DNA of 64,000 nucleotides from Alphaproteobacteria bacterium (GTDB lineage Bacteria; Pseudomonadota; Alphaproteobacteria; JAAXGF01): NCBI GenBank assembly GCA_963555825.3, contig CAUVXB020000002.1, positions 1,696,001 to 1,760,000 of the forward strand, read 5' to 3'. Shown piece by piece: positions 53,126 to 64,000 of this stretch (position 1 is its first letter; each line of letters starts with the position of its first letter). The notes under the pieces were generated by a model. It saw only the letters and a program-made list of their open reading frames with translations, ran no database searches and was not told where the DNA came from. The position numbers and the translations under genes were made by a program.

Positions 53126-54147
53126 ATGCTCAAGCTCGAAGAGAAGTTCGAACGCTATCCGCTGACCTTCGGTCCGACGCCGATCGAGAAGCTGCAACGC
53201 TTGTCCGATCATCTCGGCGGCGCCGTCGATATCTATGCCAAGCGCGACGATTGCAACAGCGGTCTGGCGTTCGGCGGCAACAAGGTGCGCAAGCTGGAGT
53301 ACCTGGTGCCCGACGCCATCGCGCAGAACTGCGACACGCTGGTCACCATCGGCGGCATCCAGTCGAACCACACTGGCAGGTCGCCGCCGTTGCCGCGAAG
53401 ATCGGCATGAAATGCCGGCTGGTGCAGGAAAGCTGGGTGCCGTTCAACGACGCGGTTTACGACCGGGTCGGCAACATCTTGATGTCGCGCGTCATGGGCG
53501 CCGAGATCGAGCTGGTCGACGAGGGCTTCGACATCGGCATCCGCGAGAGCTGGCAGCGCACCCTCGATGACGTCAAGGCCAAGGGCGGCAAGCCCTACGC
53601 GATCCCGGCCGGCGCCTCGGTCCATCGGCTCGGCGGCCTCGGCTACGTCGGCTTCGCCGAGGAGGTCCGGGCCCAAGAGGCCGCGCTCGGCTTCGGCTTC
53701 GATTACGTCGTCGTCTGCACGGTCACGGGCTCGACCCACGCCGGCATGGTCGTCGGCTTCGCCGCGGACGGACGCGCGCGCAACGTGATCGGCATCGACG
53801 CCTCGGCGACGCCCGAGCAGACCCGCGCACAGGTCCTGAGCATCGCGCGGAACACCGCCGAGTTGGTCGAGCTCGGGCGCGACATCGCCGCCGACGACGT
53901 CGTGCTCGAAACCGGCTACGCCTATCCGCAATACGGCGTGCCGTCGGCGGAAACCAGCGCGGCGATCCGGCTGTGCGCCCGCATGGAAGGCATGATGACC
54001 GACCCGGTCTATGAGGGGAAATCAATGCAGGGCCTGATCGACCTGGTCGGCAAGGGCTTCTTCCCGGCCGGGGCGAAGGTGCTCTCCGCCCATCTCGGCG
54101 GCGTGCCGGCGATCAACGCCTACAGCTACCTTTACCGCAACGGCTGA
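53126..54147 (+). pseudogene. acdS: ACC deaminase with 1-bp deletion near 53374
   Basis: [32 protein letters not shown]|(R)[17 protein letters not shown]; 1022 nt = 3n-1. Confidence 0.9.
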
Positions 54148-55870
54148 TTTATCACTGATCCTTGGTATTCGGGAGGCCGCCATGACTGAATTCAACCAGC
54201 CCGACATCGGGCCCTACCGCCAGCGCTTTTCGCAGATCTCGACCATGATGCGCCTGCCGCATGTCGAAGACGTCGCCGGGCTCGACATCGCCTTCGTCGG
54301 CGTGCCGTTCGACATGGGCGTCTTCTTCCGTCCCGGCGCGCGCGCCGGGCCATCGCAGATCCGCGAGATGTCGCGCATGCTGCGCAACGTGCATACGGCG
54401 AGCCACGTCGCGCCGTTCGAGATGTGCCAGGTCGCCGACGCGGGCGATGCGCCGGTCAACCCGATGAACGTCGAGGGCACGATCGCGCGCATCACCGAGC
54501 ACTATGCCGATATCGCCGCCAAGGGCGTCGTGCCGATCTCGATGGGCGGCGACCACACCATTCCGGTGCCGATCCTGCGCGGCCTGAAACAGGGCGGCGC
54601 GATCGACGCGCCGGTCGGCATGATCCACGTCGACGCCCACGCCGACGTGCTCCAGACCGGCGCCGCCTTCGACGGCTACGAGGTCAACCACGGCACCTTC
54701 GTGCGGCTCGCCATCGAGGAGGGCCTGGTCGACGCCGCGCGCACCGTGCAGATCGGCCTGCGCGGCACGCAGTATACGCCCGACGCCAACGACTTCGCGA
54801 AAGACGCCGGCTGCCGCATGATCTACCAGTACGAGTTCGACGAGATTGGCGTCGACGCGGTGATCGCCGAGATCCGCCGCGTCGTCGGCGACGGCCCGGT
54901 CTATTTCACCATCGACGTCGACGGGCTCGACCCGACCTGCTGCCCGGGCACCGGCCATCCCGAGCCGGGCGGCATCACCATGCGCGAGATGAACGCGATC
55001 ATGCGCGGCGTGCGCGGCATCGACATGATCGGCGGCGACGTCTGCGAGATCTCGCCGCCGCATGATGCGAGCGGCATGACCGCGCTTAACGCCGCTCATC
55101 TGCTGTTCGACATGCTGTGCCACGCGGCCGAGGCGCTAGTGTCCCGATTCCGAAGTTCGCATGATTTTCGCCTGCTGTTCAGCGATTTCGATTGTTCGGA
55201 GGCAGAAGCGCTGGATGGCGCCGAGGATGTCATCGGCGGATTTGGTCCATTTGAAGGGTTTGGGGTTCTGGTTTGTCGTGTCGATGTAGTCGAGGATGGT
55301 GCGCTCCAACTCCTTGGTGGAGCGATGGACGCCGCGCCTGATCTGCTTGTCGGTCAGCAGCCCGAACCAGCGCTCGACCTGGTTCAGCCAGGAGGCGCTG
55401 GTGGGTGTGAAATGGGCCTGCCAGCGCGGCCGTTTGGCGAACCAGTCGCGGATCGCCTTGGTCTTGTGGGTCCCGTAGTTGTCCATGACGATGTGGATGT
55501 CGAGATCAGCAGGGACGTTCGCCTCGACGAGGTCGAGGAATTTGCGGAACTCTCGGGCCCGATGGCGCGGGAAACATTTGCCGATGATCTCTCCCGTGGC
55601 GATGTCGAGGGCCGCGAAGAGAGAGGTCGTGCCGTGGCGCTTGTAGTCGTGGCTGCGCCGCTCCGCCTGCCCGGGGCGCATCGGCAAGAGGGGCTGGGAA
55701 CGGTCCAGGGCCTGGATCTGGCTCTTTTCGTCGACACAGAGAACCAGGGCACGATCCGGCGGCGCCAAATACAGACCGACGATGTCGCGGACCTTCTCCA
55801 CGAAGAAGGGATCGCTCGACAGCTTGAAGGTCTCCGAGCGATGCGGCTGCAAGCCGAAGGCCCGCCAGAT

Positions 55871-58800
55871 GAGCTATAGCTGAATCTTGACGGGGCGGTA
55901 AAAAGTCGATTCCTCATGAGAGTCGGCTGGATTATAATTGTGCATGTTTACTTTACGCGACCGACGGACTGGGGAATTGTTTGATCGCTGGTCCGATTTC
56001 GGGGACAAACGTCGGCGCCTGATGGAGCAATCCTGGGCCGGGGTTTTTCGGAACCATCTGCTTGTCGAACTTCCGGTTGACGATCTTTGCCGTCACCTTG
56101 ATGAACGCATGGGCCGACCATCGAAGGATCTACACGTTGTCATCGGGGTCTTGCTTTTGCAGCAGCTGCACGATCTGAGCGATGCAGAGACCGTCGAGGC
56201 CCTGGCCTTCAATATGGCGTGGCACTATGCCTTGGACGTGCGCAGCGAAGCGGACAGCTATTTCTGTGAGAAAACCCTGCGCAACTATCGCCGTCTGTTT
56301 ATCGAACAAGGTCTCGATGAATTGCTGTTCCGGTGTTTGACGGATCGGCTGGTGCAGGGGTTCTCTGTCGATACCAGCCACCAACGCATGGATTCGACGG
56401 CCCTTCGTTCGGCAATGCGGGCGCTGACACGACTTGGTATCGTTGTTGAGAGCATCTCGAAGTTTGCCCGTGAGCTTGAGCGATATCATCCCGGTCTGCA
56501 CGAGCAGATCAGCAAGGAGGTGATCCGCCGCTATGTCGATCGCGAGGGTAATGGCGCGTTCGCGAATACGGCGCCGAGTGTTTCAAAACGGCGCCTCGGC
56601 GAAGCGGGTCAGTATCTCCTAGCCCTGGTGCTGCAATTCCGTGACACGGCGGCGGCAAAGCTTTTCAGTTTTGCGATCCTGGAGAGGGTTCTGCGCGATC
56701 AGTTCGAGATCGTTGATGATGAGTATGGCGATCGTGACGCAACGCGCGCCGCGATTCGAGATCCAAAGGATGTGCCGTGCGATACCGTCGGCAATCCGGC
56801 CGACCCGGACGCGAGCTACAACGCGCACAAGGGTCAAGGATACATGGCGCAGATCGTCGAAACCTATTGTGAAGATGTCAGTAACGAGGCGGTTGCCGCG
56901 ACACCGGACCTCATCACCCACGTGGAGGTCCACAAGATGACGGTGCATGACGGCCATCGCTTAGCCGATGCGCTGGATGATCTGAGCGAGCGCGCGCTGA
57001 CGCCGGCGGTGATGCTGGGTGATTCACATTACGGTTCCAGTGACAACATGGCTCTGACGCGCGAACAGAACATCAATCTCGTGGCGCCCGCACGACCGCC
57101 GAAAGGCGCCGTCTCGGGACGGTTGACGTTGGAGGATTTCACTCTCAACGAAGAAGGCTTGGTCTTGCGCTGTCCCAATAACGTCGAACCGGTTTCAGCC
57201 TCGCTCGCCAAAGCCAAGCTGCAGGCCCGTTTCGACCTCTCCATCTGCCAAAAATGTCCCGATATACTGCGATGTCCCGTGCAGGCGGCCAAGCGTGACG
57301 GCCAATTTTCCCGCTTTCAATATACCCCGGCCAGGGCTGCCAACCAAAAGCGCCGGCTTTATGAACAAAGCGATGCCTTCCGCGACGTCTACAGATGGCG
57401 GGCCGGCATAGAAGCGACCATGTCGCGATTAAAGTACCAGATGAACCTGGCTCACCTACGCATTCGCGGCATGCCGGCCATGCGCTACGTGGTCAATCTG
57501 CGTGCCCTCGGCCTCAATATCCGACGCTGCGCGGCAATCGCACCATAAAAAACGAAGCCAAGGAGAAGCCAAGGGTAGGTAATATCAGGTTTTATCCACC
57601 AGCAACGCGGAGACAGGCAAATATTCTTCACCGAACCGCAAAGACCTGTACAAGCACGCCATCGGCCAACAACTTTTTACCGCCCCGTCGAATCTTGGTG
57701 ATGGAGAATGAAGGCGGCGTATCCTGGCGTTGATGAAGACGCCAATTTTCCGAAGAAAGGGATACGCCATGAAAGACGATACAGTTGTTGCGTTGCGCCA
57801 GCCAGAGTCATTTTCCGACGATCCGCTGACGGAGATATTGCGCGCCGGCGCCCGGCAGTTGCTTGGCCAGGCGATTGAAGCGGAAGTTGCCGCCCATATT
57901 GAAGCCCATGCCGATTTGACCGACGCTTCGGGCCGGCGCCGTATTGTCCGTCACGGGCACATGCCGGAACGCGAGGTTCAGACCGGGATCGGAGCTGTGA
58001 CGGTGAAGCGGCCAAGAGTGCGAGACCGAGATCCACAGGCCACGGGCGGGCGCATCCGTTTCACGTCATCGATCCTGCCGCCTTATCTCAGGCGCGCCAA
58101 GTCGGTCGAGGCGCTTCTGCCCTGGCTTTATCTGAAGGGCATCTCCAGCGGCGACTTTTCGGAGGCCCTGGCGGCGCTGCTGGGACCGGACGCGCCGGGC
58201 CTGACGGCCAGCACCATTGGCCGGCTGAAAGCGGTCTGGTGGGACGAATACGAAGCCTGGCAAAAGCGCGACCTTTCGGCTCGGCGCTACGTCTATTTTT
58301 GGGCCGACGGGGTCTACTTCTCGCCTCGCATGGACCATGACAAACAGTGTGTTCTGGTGATCATCGGCGCCGACGCCATGGGCAACAAGGACATCGTCGG
58401 CATGGTCGACGGTTATCGAGAGAGCGCGCAAAGCTGGAAGGAACTGCTGCTTGATCTCAAGCGCCGGGGCTTGGAGACCGGCCCCGAGTTGGCCGTCGGC
58501 GACGGCGCCTTGGGCTTCTGGAAGGCGCTACGCGAGGTTTACGGAGAGACCAGGGTGCAGCGTTGCTGGGTCCACAAGACCGCCAACGTGCTCAACCAGA
58601 TGCCCAAATCCCTGCAGGCCAAAGCCAAGGGCCATCTGCACGACATCTGGATGGCCGAGACTAGGGCCGACGCCGAAGCCGCCTTCGACTTCTTCATCGC
58701 AGCCTACGGCGCAAAATACCACAAGGCCGCAGAGCGCCTGGTCAAGGACCGTGAACGCCTGCTGAGCTTCTACGACTTCCCGGCCGAGCACTGGAAGCAC

Positions 58801-59056
58801 ATCCGCACCACCAACCCCATCGAAAGCACCTTCGCCACGGTGCGCCTGAGGACCGTGAAGACCAAGGGGTGCCTGAGCCGCAAGACGGCGCTCGCCATGG
58901 CCTTCAAACTGATCTTGAGTGCCAGGCGGAAATGGCGGAAGCTGGACGGATCAAATCAACTCGCCGAACTCGTCGAAGGAGTGCCGTTCAAGGACGGAAT
59001 CAAGATAACCAAACACGCCGCCTGATAGCTCCGTCACCAACTTTCGGACATAGCTC
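55871..59056 (+). mobile_element. IS256-family element (transposase 57769-59025), left IR interrupted
   Basis: GAGCTAT...TTGGTGA.GGAG IRs; 9-bp duplication CCGCCAGAT; WADG, VGDG, QRCWVHK, TTNPIES. Confidence 0.9.
55889..57689 (+). mobile_element. IS1182/IS5-like element (transposase ~55944-57548)
   Basis: Perfect 18-bp IR GACGGGGCGGTAAAAAGT; 7-bp duplication GAATCTT; RMDST, GDSHYG, YRWRAGIEAT. Confidence 0.9.
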
Positions 59057-59543
59057 CCGCCAGATGCGATGAATGGTCGAGGGCGCGTGGCCGCTCGCCC
59101 GCGCCATCGAGCGAAGGCTCCAATGGGTCGCGTCCGGCGGCGTCTCTTCCAGCGTCAGCCGGACCGCTTCCGCGATGGCGTCATCGCCGATTTGACGCGG
59201 CGCGCCGGGGCGGGGTTCGTCGTACAGACCGTCGAGGCCCTCCGCCGCATAGCGGCGACGCCACTTGCCCACGGTGTCCGCGCTCGCCTCGAGACGAACG
59301 GCGATCTCCTTGTTCTCCAACCCTTCCGCCGCCGCCAAGACGATCCGAGCCCGCCGCGCAAGCCCCTGCGACGTCTTGCGACGACGAGACAGCGCCTCCA
59401 ATTCGGCGCGCTCGTCATCGCTCAAAGAGATCGTCACCGCCACTCTCGCCATCAATCGCGCCTCCTAAAAACAAATAGAGACATAATCATATCAATTTAT
59501 CGATCAGGACACTAGTCCGCCGCCGAAAGGAGCGGGCGACGCC

Positions 59544-60548
59544 ATGACGATTACCCTGAGCCTCGCCGAGGTCGACACGCTGACGATGCGCGCGCTGACC
59601 GCGTGCAACACGCGCGAGGACAACGCGCGCTCGGTCACCGACTCGGTCGTCGCGTCCGAGGCCGACGGCATCCACAGCCACGGCCTGGCGCGCCTGCCGA
59701 CCTATTGCGCGCACGCCAGATGCGGCAAGATCGACGGCCAGGCGACGCCGCGTTGCGAACGTTCCGGCCCTGCCGCGCTCATGGTCGACGTCTGCGACGG
59801 CTTCGCCCATCCCGCCATCGAACTGGGCTTCGCCGATCTGGTGCCGCTCGCCAAGGAGACCGGCGTCGCCGCCATGGCGGTAACCAACTCGTACAACTGC
59901 GGCGTCGTCGGCTATCACGTCGAACGCCTCGCGAGCGACGGCCTGGTCGCGCTCGGTTACGTCAACGCGCCGGCCTCGATCGCGCCCTGGGGCGGCGCGA
60001 AACCGGTCTTCGGCACCAATCCGATCGCCTTCGCGGCGCCGCGCGGGGCGGGCCCGCCCTTGGTGATAGACCAATCGTCGAGCGTGGTGGCCAGGAGCGA
60101 GGTCATCGGCCACGCCCAGAACGGCGAGCCGATCCCCGAGGGCTGGGCGCTCGACGCGCACGGCCAGCCGACGACCGACGCATCCGCGGCGCTCGCCGGC
60201 TCGATGGTGCCGCTGGGCGGCTACAAGGGCGCCGGGCTGGCGCTGATCATGGAGGTCATGGCGGCGGCGATGACCGGCGCGAACTTCGCCTATCAGGCGT
60301 CGTCGTTCGCCGACAACGAGGGCGGCTCGCCGCGCACCGGGCAGTTCTTCATCGCGCTCGATCCCGGCCGCTTCGCCGGCCCCGGCTTCGGCGCCCGGCT
60401 CGACGAGCTGCTCACGCGAATGACCGCCGAGCCGGGCACCAGACTGCCCGGGGCGCGTCGCGTCGCCGCGCGCGAGCGCACGGCGCGGGACGGCGTCACG
60501 ATCAGAAAAACGTTGCATGACAAACTGTTAGCCTACGCCGAGGGCTGA
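59544..60548 (+). CDS. Ldh_2 (malate/L-lactate/sulfolactate dehydrogenase type 2) oxidoreductase
   Basis: SHGLARL, FGTNPIAFA, PLGGYKG, RLPG. Confidence 0.9.
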   Translation: MTITLSLAEVDTLTMRALTACNTREDNARSVTDSVVASEADGIHSHGLARLPTYCAHARCGKIDGQATPRCERSGPAALMVDVCDGFAHPAIELGFADLVPLAKETGVAAMAVTNSYNCGVVGYHVERLASDGLVALGYVNAPASIAPWGGAKPVFGTNPIAFAAPRGAGPPLVIDQSSSVVARSEVIGHAQNGEPIPEGWALDAHGQPTTDASAALAGSMVPLGGYKGAGLALIMEVMAAAMTGANFAYQASSFADNEGGSPRTGQFFIALDPGRFAGPGFGARLDELLTRMTAEPGTRLPGARRVAARERTARDGVTIRKTLHDKLLAYAEG

Positions 60549-60559
60549 TCGGACCGGTA

Positions 60560-61721
60560 ATACCAACGGCGCAAAATTCTGACTCGCAAGGGATTCCCTT
60601 TTTGGGCTGGATGTGATTCAAGGCTGGCGAAGGAGATTCGCCATGTCAGTATGCATTGCTCTTCGGGACGACTACGACAGCATTGAGCTCCGGTGTTTGG
60701 CCAAGCACAGTCGCGATCCCCGCCAAGTTCGCCGGCTTTTGGCCTTGGCGGCGGTTTACGACGGCATGAGCCGAGCGGAAGCCGCTAAGGTCGGCGGCAT
60801 GGATCGCCAGACGCTGAGAGACTGGGCGCACCGCTTCAACGATGAAGGGGCAGACGGCTTGAAGAACCGTCCCGGTGCGGGCCGCCCCCGGCTCTTGACC
60901 GACGAGCAGATGGGCGAACTGTCGGTGATCGTCGAAACGGGCCCCGATCCAGAGATTGACGGTGTGGTTCGCTGGCGGCGGGTTGACCTGAAACGGGTGA
61001 TCGAAGAACGCTTTGGCGTGATCTATAGCGAGCGGGCGATCTCCGACCTTCTCGTCGCGCTGTCCTTCTCCCACATCAGCGCCCGGCCGCAGCACCCCAA
61101 GCAGGACCAGCGGGTGATCGAGGCGTTCAAAAAAACTTCCCCCGCACGCTCGCTGCCCACCTAGCCGGTCTGCCCAAGACCAAGCGGGTCGAGATCTGGT
61201 TCCAAGACGAGGCCAGGCTGGGACAGAAGAACGGGCGTGTGCGCATTTGGGCGAAGAAGGGAACAAGGCCACGCCTGCCCGCCGATCAGCGCTACACGAA
61301 CGCCTACCTCTTTGGCGCAATCTGTCCCATGGGAGCCAAGGGTGCCGCTCTCATGCTCCCCTTCGCCAACACAGCCGCCATGCAGATGCATCTCGACGAG
61401 ATCAGCTGCAACGTCGCCGCCAAGGCCCATGGCGTCGTCCTGATGGACCGCGCCGGGTGGCACAGCACCGACCAGCTCAAGGTCCCCAAGAACCTCACCA
61501 TCATCCTGCTGCCATCGCGCTCGCCCGAGCTGAACCCGGTCGAGAACATCTGGCAATACCTCCGCCAGAATTGGCTCTCTAACCGCGTCTTCGAAGATTA
61601 CGACGCCATCATCGAGGCCGGTTGCCAAGCCTGGAACAAACTAATCGACCAGCCCGAGACGATCATGTCCATCGGAATGAGAGATTGGGCGATTTCAGGT
61701 CAATAATTAGTGCCGTTGGTA
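60560..61721 (+). mobile_element. IS630 type B copy 2, 1162 bp
   Basis: Reverse complement of 31440-32601; TA duplication. Confidence 0.95.
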
Positions 61722-61832
61722 TAAGTTCGCGACATATCACCCGTTCGGATGATGACGGCTGCCGTGAGCCGCCCGATAATGGCCCGAGATTCAGCGTGGC
61801 GAAGGGCGCAACGCGGGCACGAGGGCTTGGCG

Positions 61833-62036
61833 ATGGATCAGACGGTCACGAAGATCAATCCGGCGCGGCGCTTGGCGCTGCACCCCGGCACCGGCGCGAG
61901 CAACATGATCCCGGACGATGTCTGGGCGGTCTTCGCGCGCTTCATGCTCGACCGCAAGACCGGCAACATCAAGCTCAACATCAAGGACGGCCGAATCCTC
62001 GGCTACCACGTCGAGGAAATCTGCAAGGTCAGATAA
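61833..62036 (+). CDS. Small hypothetical protein (67 aa), DUF2292/YezD-like pattern
   Basis: GAGG RBS; helix then TGNIKLNIKDGRILG; followed by terminator. Confidence 0.6.
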   Translation: MDQTVTKINPARRLALHPGTGASNMIPDDVWAVFARFMLDRKTGNIKLNIKDGRILGYHVEEICKVR

Positions 62037-62060
62037 CAGAAACGGACACGCGACGACGCG

Positions 62061-62088
62061 AGGCCCCGCTCCCCCGAGCGGGGCTTTT
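62061..62088 (+). terminator. Intrinsic terminator
   Basis: GCCCCGCTC-CCCC-GAGCGGGGC-TTTT. Confidence 0.75.
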
Positions 62089-62107
62089 CGATGCGGGCGG
62101 CATGACA

Positions 62108-62137
62108 AGAAAAGAGCGACCCCCGAAGGGGCCGCTC
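62108..62137 (-). terminator. Intrinsic terminator
   Basis: Minus: GAGCGGCCCC-TTCG-GGGGTCGCTC-TTTT, 33 nt after the stop at 62171. Confidence 0.75.
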
Positions 62138-62170
62138 AGGGTCTCGAATTGTTACCCGACGTCTGCGTGA

Positions 62171-63580
62171 TTACAACGTTTCGTCATGGTCCGGATTGTC
62201 CTGCAGAGGCAGGGGATAGAACCGAACCTGGGCGTTGAACAGCTTGTCGGTATCGACGCCGAGCAGCAGGTTGACGAACTCCGACAGGTGGAAGATGAAC
62301 ACCGGGTCGTTGGTGAAGTCGCGGCACTCGGGCAGCTTCTCGCACAGCTCGGCGTCCGCTCCCGACAACGTATCGCCGACAGTGATCGTCTTGCAGGTCT
62401 CGGCGGTCTCGCAGATGCCGTCGCCGTCGTTATCGTCATCCTCCGCCGTCAGGTCCTCGACCTCGACCGAGAAGGAGACGCCCTCGACCAACGCCGGGCA
62501 GACGAATGCGGTATCGTCGTCGTTGATCTCACTCTTCTGGCAGAACGCGTAGCCGGTCGCGGTGGGAGTATCGTCGTCTGGGCAATCGTCGACCGCGACG
62601 ACCGTGCCGCCATCGTTGGTCGCACCCGCGCAGCACACGACGCGGTCGATCGGGGTGATGTCATCGGTCCCGTCGTTGTTGGTGTCGCCCGATGTGAAGT
62701 CAGCGCAGATGTTCTCGCAGGTCTCACCGCCGTCGCAGATGCCGTCCTCGTTGCCGTCGACGCCAGCCACCTCCTTGATGCAGAACAGGTCGATGTCGGC
62801 GTCGTTGATGAAGCAGATGCGGCCGTCGAAGTTGAACAGGTCCGAAATGTCGGTCGCCTTCTTGGCACCCTTGCCCGGCTTCGTCGTATCGAAGCGGTTG
62901 GCCGGCAGGCCCGCCGAGTCGAAGGTGCCTTCGCTGGTCAACAGTCCTAGCAGAACGAGGTCGTTGCCGAACTCATCCTCGACCAATTGGATGCCGCCCT
63001 CATCGACGAAGAAGTCTATGTCCGGTCCGCCGCCGTCGGCCGGCTTGCCGAGGACGCGCAGGAAGACCGCGTAGCCTTCGGAGTCCTTGGGCAGCAGGAC
63101 CTCGGCCGGGTCGCCGTCGCCGGTTCCGGGAAAGTCCGGAAACGCTTCGGCGCACCAGTCGGTGACCTGGAGCTCGGTCGCGCCGGGATTCTTCTTCGGC
63201 CCGCCGCGCCCGGACTGGATCAGGATCGAGACCGGCGCGTCGTTGTTAGTGGTATCGCGCTGGAAGTTGACCACGTTGCCGAAGAATTCGATGGTGGTCG
63301 CCTCGCAGGCATCGAGTTCCGGACAGGACTTCACGAGATCGCCGACCGTGTGAGAACCGTCAATGTCCGTGGTGATACGTTCGAAGAACTGCGGCGCCGG
63401 ACAGGCGAAATCGTCCTTCTTGCCGTGCAGGATGAGGTTGAAATGCGGGCCGCTCGGAAACCCGTTGCCGAGGTATTCCAAGACACCGTCGTTGTTCTTG
63501 ATTGGCTTGCCCGCGTTGCTGGTGCCGGCCCAAAGCGCCGTCGCGGTCACGAGCATCGCCGTGAGAAAGAATCTCTTCAA
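62171..63580 (-). CDS. Secreted acidic Cys-rich hypothetical protein (469 aa)
   Basis: GGAGG RBS, TTG start, signal peptide SNA-G, GNGFPSGPHFNLILHGK, DxNxDG.C motifs. Confidence 0.8.
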   Translation of the reverse strand: MKRFFLTAMLVTATALWAGTSNAGKPIKNNDGVLEYLGNGFPSGPHFNLILHGKKDDFACPAPQFFERITTDIDGSHTVGDLVKSCPELDACEATTIEFFGNVVNFQRDTTNNDAPVSILIQSGRGGPKKNPGATELQVTDWCAEAFPDFPGTGDGDPAEVLLPKDSEGYAVFLRVLGKPADGGGPDIDFFVDEGGIQLVEDEFGNDLVLLGLLTSEGTFDSAGLPANRFDTTKPGKGAKKATDISDLFNFDGRICFINDADIDLFCIKEVAGVDGNEDGICDGGETCENICADFTSGDTNNDGTDDITPIDRVVCCAGATNDGGTVVAVDDCPDDDTPTATGYAFCQKSEINDDDTAFVCPALVEGVSFSVEVEDLTAEDDDNDGDGICETAETCKTITVGDTLSGADAELCEKLPECRDFTNDPVFIFHLSEFVNLLLGVDTDKLFNAQVRFYPLPLQDNPDHDETL

Positions 63581-63790
63581 ATCGTGCCTCCTGTTGCGCG
63601 CGTCGTGTGGTTGCTGTTTTCTTGGTTGTTACGCCAACCTTGCATTCCCCAAACACGCGACACGCCGCTAGTGTCGCATAAATTCGTGGCAGTCTCCCGA
63701 CCAAACTCGGGGTTTTTCCCTGCCCGGCCAATCGGTTCCGGGGCGGGACCCAATGTTCGGTCGTGGCGCGGCCCACGTCACCGCCGAATC

Positions 63791-63887
63791 AAAAAGAGCC
63801 CCGTTCCGAAGAACGAGGCTCGGTATATCCGATAACCTATTCGGTCATTTCAACAAACGAGCCTCCCAGACGTGATAGCCGAAGCTC
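63791..63887 (-). promoter_or_regulatory. Candidate attenuator (terminator with antiterminator) in the 5' region of 63580-62171
   Basis: GAGCCTCGTTC-TTCG-GAACGGGGCTC-TTTTT plus upstream GAGGCTCG and GAGCTTC alternative pairing segments. Confidence 0.6.
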
Positions 63888-64000
63888 ATTCTTTGTTGTA
63901 GATATCTGTCTCACAAAGCGGCCGTTTCGTCAAGGTAAACCGGCCTCGGCGAGCCTCGAAATAGGGCGGTGGCCGCCGGCAGCGGCGTCAGCTCTCGTCG

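Larger units (their letters stand above)
55136..59515 (-). mobile_element. IS630 type A copy 3, interrupted by IS256
   Basis: CTAG at both ends; halves 55140-55870 and 59057-59511 match copy 2. Confidence 0.95.
54182..59547 (+). pseudogene. Agmatinase/ureohydrolase-family gene, last ~10 codons separated by nested IS (54182-55139 + 59516-59547)
   Basis: GGDHT, HVDAHAD, TIDVDGLDP; rejoins EALVRRRKERATP* with ATGA overlap to next gene. Confidence 0.85.

Overview
GC-rich alphaproteobacterial-type chromosomal window (taxon inferred from gene content only). About 25 kb of the 64 kb (~40%, summed from the ends I mapped) is insertion sequence: 18 IS copies of the IS630, IS3, IS21, IS256, IS1380 and IS1182/IS5-like families plus one MITE, many nested. 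Host genes: matB, a DUF4126 protein, an OmpA lipoprotein (split), a cNMP/FAD/4Fe-4S oxidoreductase (truncated), cfa, nadX, an M48 protease, a very long AsmA protein, an HpcH aldolase, a LysR pseudogene, a cupin plus two-subunit amino-acid oxidase, tcuA-like, frameshifted acdS, a ureohydrolase and an Ldh_2 oxidoreductase. Removing the IS elements at their target duplications rebuilds hidden structure. (1) A three-gene candidate polymorphic toxin locus: a 1198-aa exported Ig-repeat protein with a lower-GC HExxH C-terminal module, an overlapping 302-aa exported partner now in three pieces, and a large Ca-repeat/LVIVD surface protein. (2) An ISEcp1-style IS1380 transposition unit carrying 765 bp of passenger DNA. 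(3) A 16.6-kb inversion between two IS copies with swapped 14-bp target duplications. (4) An attC-like site making hicAB look like an integron cassette with no integrase nearby. (5) A terminator/antiterminator leader upstream of a secreted Cys/Asp-rich protein. No rRNA, tRNA or CRISPR array was seen. All family assignments are from motif recognition by eye, not database searches.
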